This document shows, piece by piece, positions 18,673-29,500 of a DNA stretch of 64,000 nucleotides. The notes under the pieces were generated by a model. The model had not been told where the DNA came from. It ran no database searches and saw nothing but the letters and a program-made list of their open reading frames with translations. The number at the start of each line of letters is the position of its first letter. The first letter of the stretch is position 1. This DNA comes from a virus. The position numbers and the translations under genes were made by a program. The stretch is from the IMG/VR virus record IMGVR_UViG_3300042908_001045, positions 22,306 to 86,305 of that record. One strand, given 5' to 3'.

Positions 18673-20433
18673 ATGCCAAGAAAAGTTATAAGAGAACTGC
18701 TATCAGAACAAGTCATAGATTCATTCAATGAGCAAAAACGCAGTAGGGTGAATTTAAAGCAACCCAAAGGCTTTGTTATTAACAGTTCTTTAAAAGTTCA
18801 AGATAGTGTTGACAGTCCAGATGAAACACAAGAAGTAGTAGAGCCTACACCTGTTGTGTCCACTGAATCTGTGGATATGACCACTGCTCCCAATGTTTCT
18901 TTGGAACAGGTAAAACAGCTAATCGAAAGTCAAGTTTCTCATTTACAGCAATCTCTAATGAAAGAGACTCAGTCAAGAATTGAATTAGAGTCTGCCTTAA
19001 ATAAAGAACGTCTTGAGAAAGCTGAGTTAGAATCTCAGTTGCAATCTGCTAAAAAAGCAGAAACAATTTTAGACGAACTTGGTAAAATAAGCAAAACTCC
19101 AATTACAATGCCAACTCCTAGCGTAAATAGAGTGCTTAGCTCTAAGTCCGACAGCCCGCAAGGCGCATTAAAAGACTGGTTTAATATTTACGAAAACTCC
19201 AATAAAGTAGTTAAAGTACGTGCTAATGGCTCTCAGTACAGATCTCAAGACAACCGGGAATTAAACCAATTTGTTAAAGAGAACAAATCTCAAGTAATTA
19301 AAGATTTAGAATCTTGGGGCAAAGCTAATGGAATGCTTCGTGGTTCGTCTTTAGTTAGTAAAGATTCTGCAACTATTGGTACCGATATTGTTGGTGGGTT
19401 TCTCCAAGTACTATCTTCAATTATGCGTACTAACAACCGCCAAGGATTTGTGTTCTGGCAATTTGCTAATACTGTAATTGATTTTGGAAAAGGATTGGGA
19501 GATACAATTAAAATCCCTAGAGCTGCTTACCAACCGGCTCCTGGCACTCCTGAGGACAGATTACTTTCAAGTGCTGGTGCATATACTCGAATTGACTCTG
19601 GCAACCAAAATTTGTCTACTGGAGTTGTAACAGCTGAACTGCAAGAATGGGGTCTAGGTCGCAATTCTCAATATCCTCCCGTGACTTTAGTTAGCTTTGT
19701 TACCGCTTATTCAATGATTGAACTGTTGTCAATCTTGAATAGAAATTTAATGCGAGATTACTACGCATGGGAAGATCTAAAAATTAGAAGTTTATGGACT
19801 GGCACAACTCGTGTTGTTTACAACGATAAAAACGCTGTTGCCACAAGTGCCACTTCTGTCACATCCGGAGACGATGGTACTTTAACACGTCGTTTTCTAG
19901 CTTCTTTATATGGATACATGAAGGAGATTCAGATTCCTCCCTTTGCTGGAAATAAATACGGTTTGGTAGTTAACAGCACAGCTTTAACTCAATTAAAGAT
20001 TAGCTACGACAGCTTGTGGCACGCAGCTACTCCCGGTGAATTACAAACTTTAACAGAATTCTTGAATCCTGTTTTAATTGCGCCTGGAGAGACGGATAAG
20101 CTAAGTGGATATTGTGGAGACTTTGAGAACTTTATGATTTTCGAAACTAATGCTTATGGCGTTGGTGCAAGTGGTTCTCCTGGCGTTCAAACAGAAGATA
20201 GTAAAGTTACTCATACTAGCTTCGCTTTTGGTTCAGACACTATTGGACGTGGTATTGGAACTGAAATGGAAGTTCGTTTTGATGACGACACTGATTTTGG
20301 ACGCGCTACTAGAGCTATCTGGCGCTCTGAAGAATCATTCGTTCAAATGGATGTTGATGGAGCTGGAGATAATAGTGCTGTTCCACAACAACTTAGAGTT
20401 ATTAAAGTTAACACGCTGAAAAATGCGATTTAA
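18673..20433 (+). CDS. Major capsid protein with N-terminal coiled-coil scaffold
   Basis: Acidic/coiled-coil first ~230 aa, then GKGLGDTIKIP and DDDTDFGR; leads the head-completion run. Confidence 0.75.
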   Translation: MPRKVIRELLSEQVIDSFNEQKRSRVNLKQPKGFVINSSLKVQDSVDSPDETQEVVEPTPVVSTESVDMTTAPNVSLEQVKQLIESQVSHLQQSLMKETQSRIELESALNKERLEKAELESQLQSAKKAETILDELGKISKTPITMPTPSVNRVLSSKSDSPQGALKDWFNIYENSNKVVKVRANGSQYRSQDNRELNQFVKENKSQVIKDLESWGKANGMLRGSSLVSKDSATIGTDIVGGFLQVLSSIMRTNNRQGFVFWQFANTVIDFGKGLGDTIKIPRAAYQPAPGTPEDRLLSSAGAYTRIDSGNQNLSTGVVTAELQEWGLGRNSQYPPVTLVSFVTAYSMIELLSILNRNLMRDYYAWEDLKIRSLWTGTTRVVYNDKNAVATSATSVTSGDDGTLTRRFLASLYGYMKEIQIPPFAGNKYGLVVNSTALTQLKISYDSLWHAATPGELQTLTEFLNPVLIAPGETDKLSGYCGDFENFMIFETNAYGVGASGSPGVQTEDSKVTHTSFAFGSDTIGRGIGTEMEVRFDDDTDFGRATRAIWRSEESFVQMDVDGAGDNSAVPQQLRVIKVNTLKNAI

Positions 20434-20447
20434 TATTGATATTTCCT

Positions 20448-20663
20448 ATGACAGAACAAGATGAAAACAAGGAAATAGTCAAAGAGGTAAAAGAGCCAAA
20501 GAAAAAAACATCTGCGGCTCCTACCCCAGCTTTGCAGCATCCTGGCTTTGACACTCAATCAAAATGTTTGTTGTGTGGACAATTTAGAACCAACTTAGTT
20601 GGTCAAATATTTTGTCCAGAGTATTTAATAGAATGCCCTAGATTTGTGGAGGATAGATTGTAA
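20448..20663 (+). CDS. Small Cys-containing protein after the capsid gene
   Basis: MTEQ... with CLLC...CP..C; TAATG coupling to the next gene. Confidence 0.55.
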   Translation: MTEQDENKEIVKEVKEPKKKTSAAPTPALQHPGFDTQSKCLLCGQFRTNLVGQIFCPEYLIECPRFVEDRL

Positions 20664-21079
20664 TGCCTAAATTGAATACAATACCAGCCAGAGTTCAGTC
20701 TGACTCTGTTGGTGGAATTGCTAAAGTCGTTTACGATGTTGCTGACTTAGGTGGTAAAATAGGAAACATTTCATTGGAATTAGCTTTACCATCAGGAGCA
20801 ATTATTCACCGTGGCTTTATTGATGTTGTTACTCCTCTTGCTAGTGGAGGCTCTGCAACTGTAACATTAAGTTTTATAGGTAGTTCCACCCAATCTCTTC
20901 TTGCCGCTCCCTCTAATTATGATGCTCTTACTTCAGTGCATGCTTTAGCTGTTAACACAACTGCTGTTAAATTATCTAGTACAAATGCAACTAAAACATC
21001 TGTGCTTAATGTTGTTATCGCAGGAGCTGATTTAACAGCAGGTAGATTTAACGTTTATTTACAGTATTTTGGAGTGTAG
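20663..21079 (+). CDS. Putative capsid decoration / beta-rich virion protein
   Basis: LPSGAII..G.IDV...LTAGRFNVYLQY beta-sandwich pattern; position after the capsid gene. Confidence 0.55.
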   Translation: MPKLNTIPARVQSDSVGGIAKVVYDVADLGGKIGNISLELALPSGAIIHRGFIDVVTPLASGGSATVTLSFIGSSTQSLLAAPSNYDALTSVHALAVNTTAVKLSSTNATKTSVLNVVIAGADLTAGRFNVYLQYFGV

Positions 21080-21081
21080 TT

Positions 21082-21795
21082 ATGCCGTGGCTTTCTAATC
21101 AAGAATGCTTGCAGTATGCTCCGGGCATTACTTTGACTGGAGAGCCATTAACTACTGCTATTGCTTTAGCACAATCACTAGCTGAGGGCGTTAATGGAGC
21201 AAATCGCCCATTGGAAATAGCTCAATATAAGAAAATATTGACAATCCCAAACACAGGTAGAGTTATTGTCCCAATTCGTCCAATGCTATCAAATCCAACT
21301 CCTATTGTTGAATTAAGAGGAAGTGATACACCTCCAAGATTTGGAGTTTACTCTATTCAGGAATGGGAGCCACTTATTTTAGACAAAGATTATAAGATTG
21401 ATTATGATAATAACGAGATTAGTTTACTAGCACTTAGCAGGGTATTACAACACGAATATTATTATCACACTGGCTTCAGAAGATATAGTCGCAATCCAAC
21501 TGTACCAAGGGTAAAGAAGCAGCTTAAAATAACTTATTCTAGCGGTATTAATTTTGCCGCTACATCAGAGTCTGTAGTTAATTTAAAGCGTAGTTTAGCC
21601 GCTATTGTTGCTTTGCGGAATTCTCCTCAATCGCAAGGAGTCAAATCAGTAGATGTATCTGATGAAAAATATGTTATAGAATACGCGTCTCAATCAGACT
21701 ATCTTGGTATTAGTGGTAACAAAACTAATGGTAGTCCAATAAATGAGTTGTTATCAATATTTCGTAAATATCGTCCAAGCGAGTATACATCATGA
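21082..21795 (+). CDS. Head-tail adaptor
   Basis: Position; LKITYSSG and GVKSVDV motifs typical of gp6/gp15-like connectors. Confidence 0.6.
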   Translation: MPWLSNQECLQYAPGITLTGEPLTTAIALAQSLAEGVNGANRPLEIAQYKKILTIPNTGRVIVPIRPMLSNPTPIVELRGSDTPPRFGVYSIQEWEPLILDKDYKIDYDNNEISLLALSRVLQHEYYYHTGFRRYSRNPTVPRVKKQLKITYSSGINFAATSESVVNLKRSLAAIVALRNSPQSQGVKSVDVSDEKYVIEYASQSDYLGISGNKTNGSPINELLSIFRKYRPSEYTS

Positions 21796-22232
21796 ATATT
21801 GAACAAATTGTTGGTGGGGCATTGCAGCATTTACCTGACAAATATTTTAGTACTGTTAACTTGGAACTAACTTTTAATATTGGCAGTGGAGCATTTACCG
21901 TAGATCCAGAAACTGGAAATTACATTCAATCTTCAGTGCCTTTGATATTGCTGGCATCTGCTACAGAATATAAAGACCCAAGAATATTGCAATCTCCTGG
22001 CAGCTACGGCACAAGCATAATTCAAGTCCAAGGTAGATTAGATAATCCAAAATTAATGCCTACTACAGTTGGAGTTCAGTCTATTGGCACAGCTAAACTC
22101 ACTAACAACGATGGTACTATTTTTACAGGTGTCTGGAAATTTACTGCTATAACTCAAAATAGAATTAATGCATATACGTCTAAGCGAGGTACGCTAATAA
22201 GAGGGACTATAACTCTACCCACAGCTGTTTAA
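21792..22232 (+). CDS. Putative head closure protein
   Basis: Follows the adaptor; VDPETGNY motif. Confidence 0.5.
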   Translation: MNIEQIVGGALQHLPDKYFSTVNLELTFNIGSGAFTVDPETGNYIQSSVPLILLASATEYKDPRILQSPGSYGTSIIQVQGRLDNPKLMPTTVGVQSIGTAKLTNNDGTIFTGVWKFTAITQNRINAYTSKRGTLIRGTITLPTAV

Positions 22233-22253
22233 AATAAATATTTCAGATATCAC

Positions 22254-22282
22254 TTGACATTACAAAAATAATAAGTTATTCT
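22254..22282 (+). promoter_or_regulatory. Sigma70-type promoter
   Basis: CACTTGACA-17 nt-TATTCT. Confidence 0.55.
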
Positions 22283-22389
22283 AGAAAAAATTCTGAGGGC
22301 AAGAAAATGAAAGATGTAGATTATCCTGAAAGACCTAGATAAAATATAGTAGTAGTAGTTTTTAGCTTCCCCTTGGAAGCTATTGTTTT

Positions 22390-22593
22390 ATGAGTAATAT
22401 TGAACACCCAAAACATTATCAGCAAGCAGATATTGAGTGCATTGACGCAATTAAAGCAGCATTGTCTTCTGAAGAGCTAAAAGGCTTTATAAAAGGGAAT
22501 ATCATAAAGTACACTTGGCGAAGTGACCATAAAAACGGATTAGAAGATCTCCAAAAAGCTCAATGGTACTTAAATTGGTATTTGAATTTATAG
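22390..22593 (+). CDS. DUF3310 family protein
   Basis: HPKHY...IECIDAI...GFIKGNIIKY.WR..HKNGLEDL.KA.WYL. Confidence 0.9.
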   Translation: MSNIEHPKHYQQADIECIDAIKAALSSEELKGFIKGNIIKYTWRSDHKNGLEDLQKAQWYLNWYLNL

Positions 22594-23523
22594 CTTAATT
22601 AGCTTATTGCCTATAACTTTGTATTGCTTCAACCAGTTATAGGCAGTAGTTTTAGAAATATGTAAATAAGTTTTACACCAAGCAAATGATTTTCCTTGAT
22701 TCAAAGCATTGATTACAGCAATTTTCAATTCTGTGCTATAGCCAGGTCTTCCTAGTGCGCCAGGGTTTTCCACAAATTGATATTTACAGTTTTTACATAA
22801 ATATTGTTGTTTTTGTTTTCTTTTCCCGTTTTTAACAATATTTTTACTCAAACAAAGAGGACAAAACAAAATGTTGTTTACAATATTTTTAAGTAATTCT
22901 ATACCTTGTTTTTCTATCTGCTTAATCTGATATACAGATAATCCATACATATTTTTTATTTCTTGTATTTTAAAATCATGTATATGTATTAACCTAATTA
23001 TTTGAGCATGTATATCAGGAATTTTTTCTAAAATAATCTCTAATTCCTGTATAGAAGAATTATCGTAATAACTAATTTCTGGTAAATCTAAACAAGTTTT
23101 TTGGTATGCTTTACTAATTTCTTCAACTTTTTCTGGAGTTATATTTAAAAGTTTTACTGCACATTCATATGACATGTTGTTCTTACGTGCATAACGTTTA
23201 ATTGTCTGATGCGTTTCTTGTATTGCCCTAGGAATTTTTATTATTTTATCTTTATCTCGCAAGTACATCAAAATAGATCCGTTAATAAACGGTAGCGCAA
23301 AACTAGACAACTTTTCTGATTTATTTGGATTATATCTTTCTATGGCTTGAATTAATCCCATACTGCCAATCTGAATTAAATCGTCTAAAGGAGTAGAACA
23401 TGTTTTTTGCATTTTGCTAGCGACAGAATACACTAATCCCATGTTTTGCTCTACTAATTTATTTCTAGTAGTTATGTTTTTGTCTTTAAAATATTTTATT
23501 AACAGCTGTTGGTTGTCATACAT
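22588..23523 (-). CDS. Group-3 (SigF/SigB-like) sigma factor with C-terminal IS1 InsA-like Zn ribbon and HTH
   Basis: RNKLVEQNMGLV, DDLIQIG.MGLI.AIERY, YLRDK..IKIPR; tail CPLC.SKNIVKNG...QQYLCKNC.YQF...ISKTTAYNWLK. Confidence 0.85.
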   Translation of the reverse strand: MYDNQQLLIKYFKDKNITTRNKLVEQNMGLVYSVASKMQKTCSTPLDDLIQIGSMGLIQAIERYNPNKSEKLSSFALPFINGSILMYLRDKDKIIKIPRAIQETHQTIKRYARKNNMSYECAVKLLNITPEKVEEISKAYQKTCLDLPEISYYDNSSIQELEIILEKIPDIHAQIIRLIHIHDFKIQEIKNMYGLSVYQIKQIEKQGIELLKNIVNNILFCPLCLSKNIVKNGKRKQKQQYLCKNCKYQFVENPGALGRPGYSTELKIAVINALNQGKSFAWCKTYLHISKTTAYNWLKQYKVIGNKLIKL

Positions 23524-23603
23524 ATCAATAACAAAAAAGTTGCACTTTTATATTAGCAATTTAAATCAATCGCCGCAGTAAAAGTGCTTATTTGTTAGTT
23601 TAA

Positions 23604-24563
23604 TTATTGTGCTTGCAAAGCAGTTTCTAAAAGTTCTACACGCACAGTTAGCTCTTGTATAGCTTTGACTAAAATTGGGATAAGTCTAGCTGGTGCAATT
23701 AGCTTTTGGTCTGTAACAATGTTTTCGTCAGTTTCTGGGTCTGTGTAATCAATATCGTAAGTTGACACAATACCCGGCACAGCGTATACACTTGATTGAA
23801 CAGACTCAACTTCTTGCGCTATAAACCCTATTTCCGTAATGTCCTTTTTGGTGCCAACGCATTTGCGCATGTTCCAAGTAAATTTTCTAGGAATAAGTGC
23901 ATTTATGTAAGCTAGTCCACTGAAATTTAATGCTTCAATGTCTTTTTTGTCACGGGCATCTGAATGCCCAGATATTGAAGTATCAGCACATATTAAATTT
24001 GTGACTTCACTGTTTCCAAGAACAAAATGGTTGTTTTGAGTAGTTATATTTACGCCATAGACTCCAGCACTTTGTCCTATCGCCACGTTATTGAATCCAG
24101 TGGTGTTAGAAGAAAGCGCACTTGTCCCTATCGCCGTGTTGGCATAACCAATGGTGTTAAAATAAAGCGCATCTCGTCCTATCGCCGTGTTGGCATAACC
24201 AGCGGTGTTAGAAAAAAGCGCACCTTGCCCTATCGCCACGGTATTTACTCCAGTGGTGTTAGAATAAAGCGCATCTCGTCCTATCGCCGTGTTGGCATAA
24301 CCAGTGGTGTTAGACTGAAGCGCATTTATCCCTAACGCTGCGTTATCTCCTGCTGAAAGCAAATAAGGAGTCCAAGTCGTTCCTAAATATATTTTTACTC
24401 TACTGTTATTTGTGTCAAACCAGAATTGTTGTTGTTGTGGATTACTTGGCGCTGTAGCTCCAGAGGACATGGTAGCAACTTGTTTTAATGCTTCATTAAC
24501 ATACTGCCTGTAATTAGCGCCAGATACGTTTTGGATGTCTAATCCTTGAGTTCCTTGTGACAT
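23604..24563 (-). CDS. Tail fibre with C-terminal S74 intramolecular chaperone
   Basis: SSGATAP..QFWFDT N-terminus; 18-aa ALxSNTTGxxNTAIG repeats (54-bp tandem, ~24075..24325); SDARDKKDI...GFIAQEV...LVKAIQEL. Confidence 0.85.
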   Translation of the reverse strand: MSQGTQGLDIQNVSGANYRQYVNEALKQVATMSSGATAPSNPQQQQFWFDTNNSRVKIYLGTTWTPYLLSAGDNAALGINALQSNTTGYANTAIGRDALYSNTTGVNTVAIGQGALFSNTAGYANTAIGRDALYFNTIGYANTAIGTSALSSNTTGFNNVAIGQSAGVYGVNITTQNNHFVLGNSEVTNLICADTSISGHSDARDKKDIEALNFSGLAYINALIPRKFTWNMRKCVGTKKDITEIGFIAQEVESVQSSVYAVPGIVSTYDIDYTDPETDENIVTDQKLIAPARLIPILVKAIQELTVRVELLETALQAQ

Positions 24564-24616
24564 AATATTTAAATCAATGTTAAACTATAGTTGTAATTAT
24601 AGTATATCTTGAAAAG

Positions 24617-24994
24617 ATGAAAATTAATTGGAACAATATTCAAATACCAGCTAATGCTAAATCTACTTTAACGTGGTCAGTAGATTATGCAAGCATTGTT
24701 CATGAAGGTACTGGGGCTAATTATCCGCCTCGTCCATGGGTAGATGAAGCTAGAAGACATTTCCAGAATGAATTTAACAATTATGCTACAAACGCTTTAA
24801 ATTCTGCTGATTATAAGCAAGCATTTTACAGTATTACTAAAGATTTTGGGCAATTGTGCCAAGATAAAATAGAAGAATCAATTTATCCTTGGCCGGGTGA
24901 GACTAAAAGGAAAAGTGGCGATATAGTTACTTCTCCTCGAAATATTGTTGATACAAAAAAGTTATACAATTCTTACTTAATTACTCACGAATGA
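24617..24994 (+). CDS. Tail completion protein (HK97 gp10-like)
   Basis: YASIVHEGT...PPRPW motif. Confidence 0.65.
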   Translation: MKINWNNIQIPANAKSTLTWSVDYASIVHEGTGANYPPRPWVDEARRHFQNEFNNYATNALNSADYKQAFYSITKDFGQLCQDKIEESIYPWPGETKRKSGDIVTSPRNIVDTKKLYNSYLITHE

Positions 24995-25368
24995 ACTTAG
25001 TAGAACTAAACACTAAATTACGCGCGTTGTTAACTCCAGAGTTAGGTACGTATAGTAATGGCGCGCTATCTATTTGGGCTTATGGATCTAGTAATCCACC
25101 TCCTTCTGTTAGTAATGGATTAGAATGCTTGATTAGGCAAGTGCCTCTTGGGTATGCAAAGTCGTCTAGTGCTGGGCAAAAATACAAAATTCAAGAATGG
25201 GAGATATATTTAAAAAACTACAAAAAAGATTTAAATTTATCTAAAGCAATAATTAAGATAGAAAAAAGTTTTTCAGTTATACAAGTAGTCCATATGCCTT
25301 ATAGTTTAGATACAATTGAACAAGCAAGAATACTTATTAAGGATCCAATAGTTTTTCAGTCTTTCTAA
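24991..25368 (+). CDS. Putative tail terminator
   Basis: Size and position immediately before the tail tube genes. Confidence 0.5.
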   Translation: MNLVELNTKLRALLTPELGTYSNGALSIWAYGSSNPPPSVSNGLECLIRQVPLGYAKSSSAGQKYKIQEWEIYLKNYKKDLNLSKAIIKIEKSFSVIQVVHMPYSLDTIEQARILIKDPIVFQSF

Positions 25369-25410
25369 TAAAATGGCAATTATAAGTTAATAAAGGATTA
25401 AAAGAAGCTC

Positions 25411-26442
25411 ATGCCATTAGCCACAGCATCTGTTGTTTTACAAAGTTATACACTTGATTTAATGCTTTTGGGACTTAATGTTTTTGGCGCTTCAAACAGA
25501 TTTGTAGCCAAAGATATTTTAACAGTCCAGAATAATGCTGCGGTTTATGACAAAAGTATTATTTTAAAAAGTAACTCAAGTACTGGAACTTATTTAAGAG
25601 CTGGAACAGGAATTAGTTTTAGTGGTGTTAATTACAGAAATCAAGTAGTAGTAGCAGAAGACATTACTGTAACTGGATCTAGTGGTTCTGTTACATCAGT
25701 AAAAGTAGAGCCATTGTTAAAACCATTGTCTAGTGGAGTAACTGGGACTGTTTTAGCTCCTGTTAGAATGATTCTTAATTCAGTTGACACAACTAATAAT
25801 ATTGACACTTGGCGATTTGTAGATTCAATGACAACAATTGAAGGGTTAAGCCCATTTACTAGAGCAGTGATAAGTATTGTTAATCCCGTGGCTGGCTCTT
25901 CTCCTATAATGATACCTCAAAATGCTAATCTTGATTTTGGTTCTTTAACTCCAATTAATCCTGATGTTGTTTTTTTAAATTCAACATCCAGCTCAGTTAT
26001 TTATTTTAATGGTAGCCCAAATACACTAAATATTTCTGCTGGTTCACAAGCAAGTTATTTAACTGGTTCTATTCCATTGTGTGGTATTCAAACAATGGAT
26101 TTAAGTAATCAAGATACTCAAATAGATATTACAACGTTTCAATCTGGACTTGGGACAGATTCTAACACAGTAAGATATTCTCGCTCGTATTCAATTTCTG
26201 GCATTTCATTGTCTGGGGATGAGGCACTTGAAAAAATAGTTAAACCAGCTGCTGGACTAAAATCTATATCTAATGGGAAAGAAGTGTATGCAATAGCTAC
26301 TTTTCCTGATGGAGAAAGAATAGAAGGAGTTGCTGTAATAAACAATTTGAATTTACCTACCAATCAAAATGAAGTTAAGAAATATTCATTTACTTTAACT
26401 TTTCTTGGTAAAAATTTTAATTGGGATTCTCCTATAATTTAA
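25411..26442 (+). CDS. Tail tube protein paralog 1 (343 aa)
   Basis: MPLATA N-terminus and core PLCGIQ.DLSNQDTQID.T.FQSG...GDEALE...FPDGE...NQNEVKKYSFTLTF shared with the next three genes. Confidence 0.7.
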   Translation: MPLATASVVLQSYTLDLMLLGLNVFGASNRFVAKDILTVQNNAAVYDKSIILKSNSSTGTYLRAGTGISFSGVNYRNQVVVAEDITVTGSSGSVTSVKVEPLLKPLSSGVTGTVLAPVRMILNSVDTTNNIDTWRFVDSMTTIEGLSPFTRAVISIVNPVAGSSPIMIPQNANLDFGSLTPINPDVVFLNSTSSSVIYFNGSPNTLNISAGSQASYLTGSIPLCGIQTMDLSNQDTQIDITTFQSGLGTDSNTVRYSRSYSISGISLSGDEALEKIVKPAAGLKSISNGKEVYAIATFPDGERIEGVAVINNLNLPTNQNEVKKYSFTLTFLGKNFNWDSPII

Positions 26443-26500
26443 TAAAGCTAAAGTTGGATATATCTGGCAAGTATAAAGTAAGAAAAGGATTAAAAGTCTT

Positions 26501-29500
26501 ATGCCATTAGCCACAGCATCTGTTATTTTACAAAATTACACACTTGATTTGATGCTTTTAGGGACTAGTGCGTCTGGAGCGTCTAATAGATTTGTGGCTA
26601 AAGATATTTTAACAGTTCAGAGCAACGCAGCTATTTACGATAAAGATATTGTATTAAGAACTAGTTCAACTAGTGGAACGTATTTAAGAGCTGGGCTTGG
26701 AATTAGTTTTGACGAATCTGGCTATAAAAATCAAGTAGTAATCGCACAAGATGTTACAATTGCCAGTAATGTAAATACTAACGTCAAAGTAGAGCCGTTA
26801 TTAAAACCATTATCTAGTGGAGTAACCGGTACTGTCTTGGCTCCCATTAGATTACAATTAACTTCAGTTGACACTACCAATAATATTGATAGCTGGTATT
26901 TTATAGATTTAATGCCAAAAATTCAAGGAAACAGTCCTTTTACTCAGGCAAAAATAAAAACTACTAATTTACCTGCTGATTCTCCTTCTGTAATGGTAAA
27001 AGAATCAAAACTTGCTTTTGGTAATACTGTTTTAACAATTGCAAATACTGATGTTATAAAAACTCCAATAAATTTATTTAATACGTTTGTTCGAGTTCAT
27101 ATAGCGTCGGTAGATTCTACTAATTTTGTTGATAGCTGGCGTTATATAGATTTTATGCCAACTATACAGGGAGAAAGTCCATTTACTCAATCAAAGTTAA
27201 GAGTTAGTAATTTAGACCGCAACACACAATCAGTAGTAGCTCCATATTCAAGTCTTGTTTTTGAAAATATTAATGTAAGTTTAACGGTATCTCCTGAAAT
27301 ATTTATTAGCTTTCTTGATACAATTAATGATGGTAATAGCTTATTTACTCAAGCTGTTATAGAGATGAGAAAACTACCTTTTGATTACAGCTCAATAACA
27401 GTACCTGATTCAACTTTTGTTTTTAATAATGTTCCATTAGCCACAGAAGTCAGTATTAGACCGCAAATTACTTGGGTTGACGAAGGCGTTGATGTTTACA
27501 TACATTCAATTAACACAAATAATAATATCGATACTTGGCGTTACATAGATTTTATCTCAAATATTGATAATGGAATTAGTCCATTTACTCAAGTAAATTT
27601 AGGAGTTAATAGATTACCATCTAACGCTCCATTTGTACAAATTCCGGATTCGGTACTTATTTTTAATGGAATTAGTACAAGTAAAAGCGTGCCTCCTGAG
27701 TTGTATGTTAGCTCTGTTGATACAAATAACAATGGAAATATTCTATATACCAAAGTTGTTGTAAAAACAAGAAAGATACCTTTTGATTTTTCATCAATAA
27801 CAATACCTGATTCAGCATTTACTTTTGGAAATGTTCAGCCAACTGCAAACGTTAATGCTGAAGCACGATTATCTTGGGTTGATGAAGGCGTTGATGTTTA
27901 TATAGATTCAATTAATACAAGCAATATTAATACTTGGCGTTATATAGACTTTGTCTCAGATATTGACAATGGAACTAGCCCATTTACCCAGGCAAGCATA
28001 AAAGTTAGTAGATTGCCATCTAACGCTCCATTTGTGCAAATTCCGGATTCAGTACTTACTTTTGATGGAATTAGCACAAGTAAAAGTGTACCTCCTGAGT
28101 TGTATGTTAGTTTTGTTGGTACAAATAATTTTATTGATACTTGGCGATTTATTGATTCAATGCCAACAATTCAAGGTAGTAGTCCATTTACACAAGTTAT
28201 TTTAAAGACAAGAAAAATACCTTTTGATACTTCTTCAATAGCTATACCTGATTCAGCTTTTACTTTTGCAGGTATTCAGCCAAGTACAGATGTGTCTAGC
28301 ATTAAAAACATTTTTTTATCTGGTGGTGATACTGCAACAGTTTATTATGCTGGTAGCCCAGATACTTCATTAATTTCTGTTGGATTGTTCAATACATTTA
28401 CAGCTTTTGTCCCTACTTCTCCTGGGTACAATGGAGTTATAATTAACCAAAATTCTGCATCAATAGTTTATTTTGATGGCGCTCCCAATCAAGTATCTGT
28501 TGCTGTTGGATCATTGTTTTCTTACGTTACCAATTTTATTGATACATGGCGTTTCATTGATTTAATGCCAACAGTTGAATCAATTAGTCCGTTTACACAA
28601 GCTAAAATAACAGTTACAGAAACGCCAGTAGAATACAATTTCGTAACAATACTTCAGTCTAGTCTTGTTTTTAATAATATTAGTGCAATTGAATCTAGCG
28701 TTGTAGTCAATAGAAACTCAGAAGCAATAATTTATTTTAATGGTAATCCACGTACCTTGCCTATTTCTATTGGATTGTCGTCTAATCCTTTTCCAGTATC
28801 AGTGCCTTCGTTAAATGACGTTAGAAATACTCTATTATCTGGTAACGATACTGCAACAATTTATTTTAATGGCATTCCAGGTACATTGCCTATTTCAGTA
28901 GGTTTATTTAACACATTTACAGCTTTTGTCCCTACTTCTCCTGGGTACAATGGAGTTATAGTTAACCAAAATTCTACATCAATAGCTTATTTTGATGGCG
29001 CTCCTGGCACGGTACCTATTTCAGTAGGTCTCTTTAATTCTTACGTTACCAACTTTATTGATACATGGCGTTTCATTGATTCAATGCCAACAGTTGAATC
29101 AATTAGTCCGTTTACGCAATCTAAAATAAAAGTTACAAAAACGCCAGTAGAATATGCCTCAGTGACTGTACCTCAATCTAGTCTTACTTTTAATGGGCTT
29201 ACTGCACTCGAAAGTAGTGCTATAGTTAACAGAAACTCAGAAGCAATAATTTATTTTAATGGCAGCCCACGGACTTTACCGATTTCTGCTGGGTTAACAT
29301 CTAGTTCTTTCCGTGTAACTGTTCCTCCATTGTCTGAAATTAAAAATACTGTTCTATCTGGCAATAATATAAAGAGAACAGTTTACTTTGATGGACTCCC
29401 AGGTACGTTGCCTATATCTACTGGATTGTTTAACACATTCACTGCTTTTGTTCCTCCAACACCTGGATATAATGGAGTTTTCATTGCTAGAAATTCCAGG

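Noticed and set aside
22588-22865. Active IS1 element
   Set aside because: Only an InsA-like part fused to the sigma factor; no InsB, terminal repeats or target duplication seen.
24075-24325. Regular ~54-bp repeats as a possible CRISPR array
   Set aside because: In-frame coding repeats of the tail fibre; no unique spacers or cas genes.
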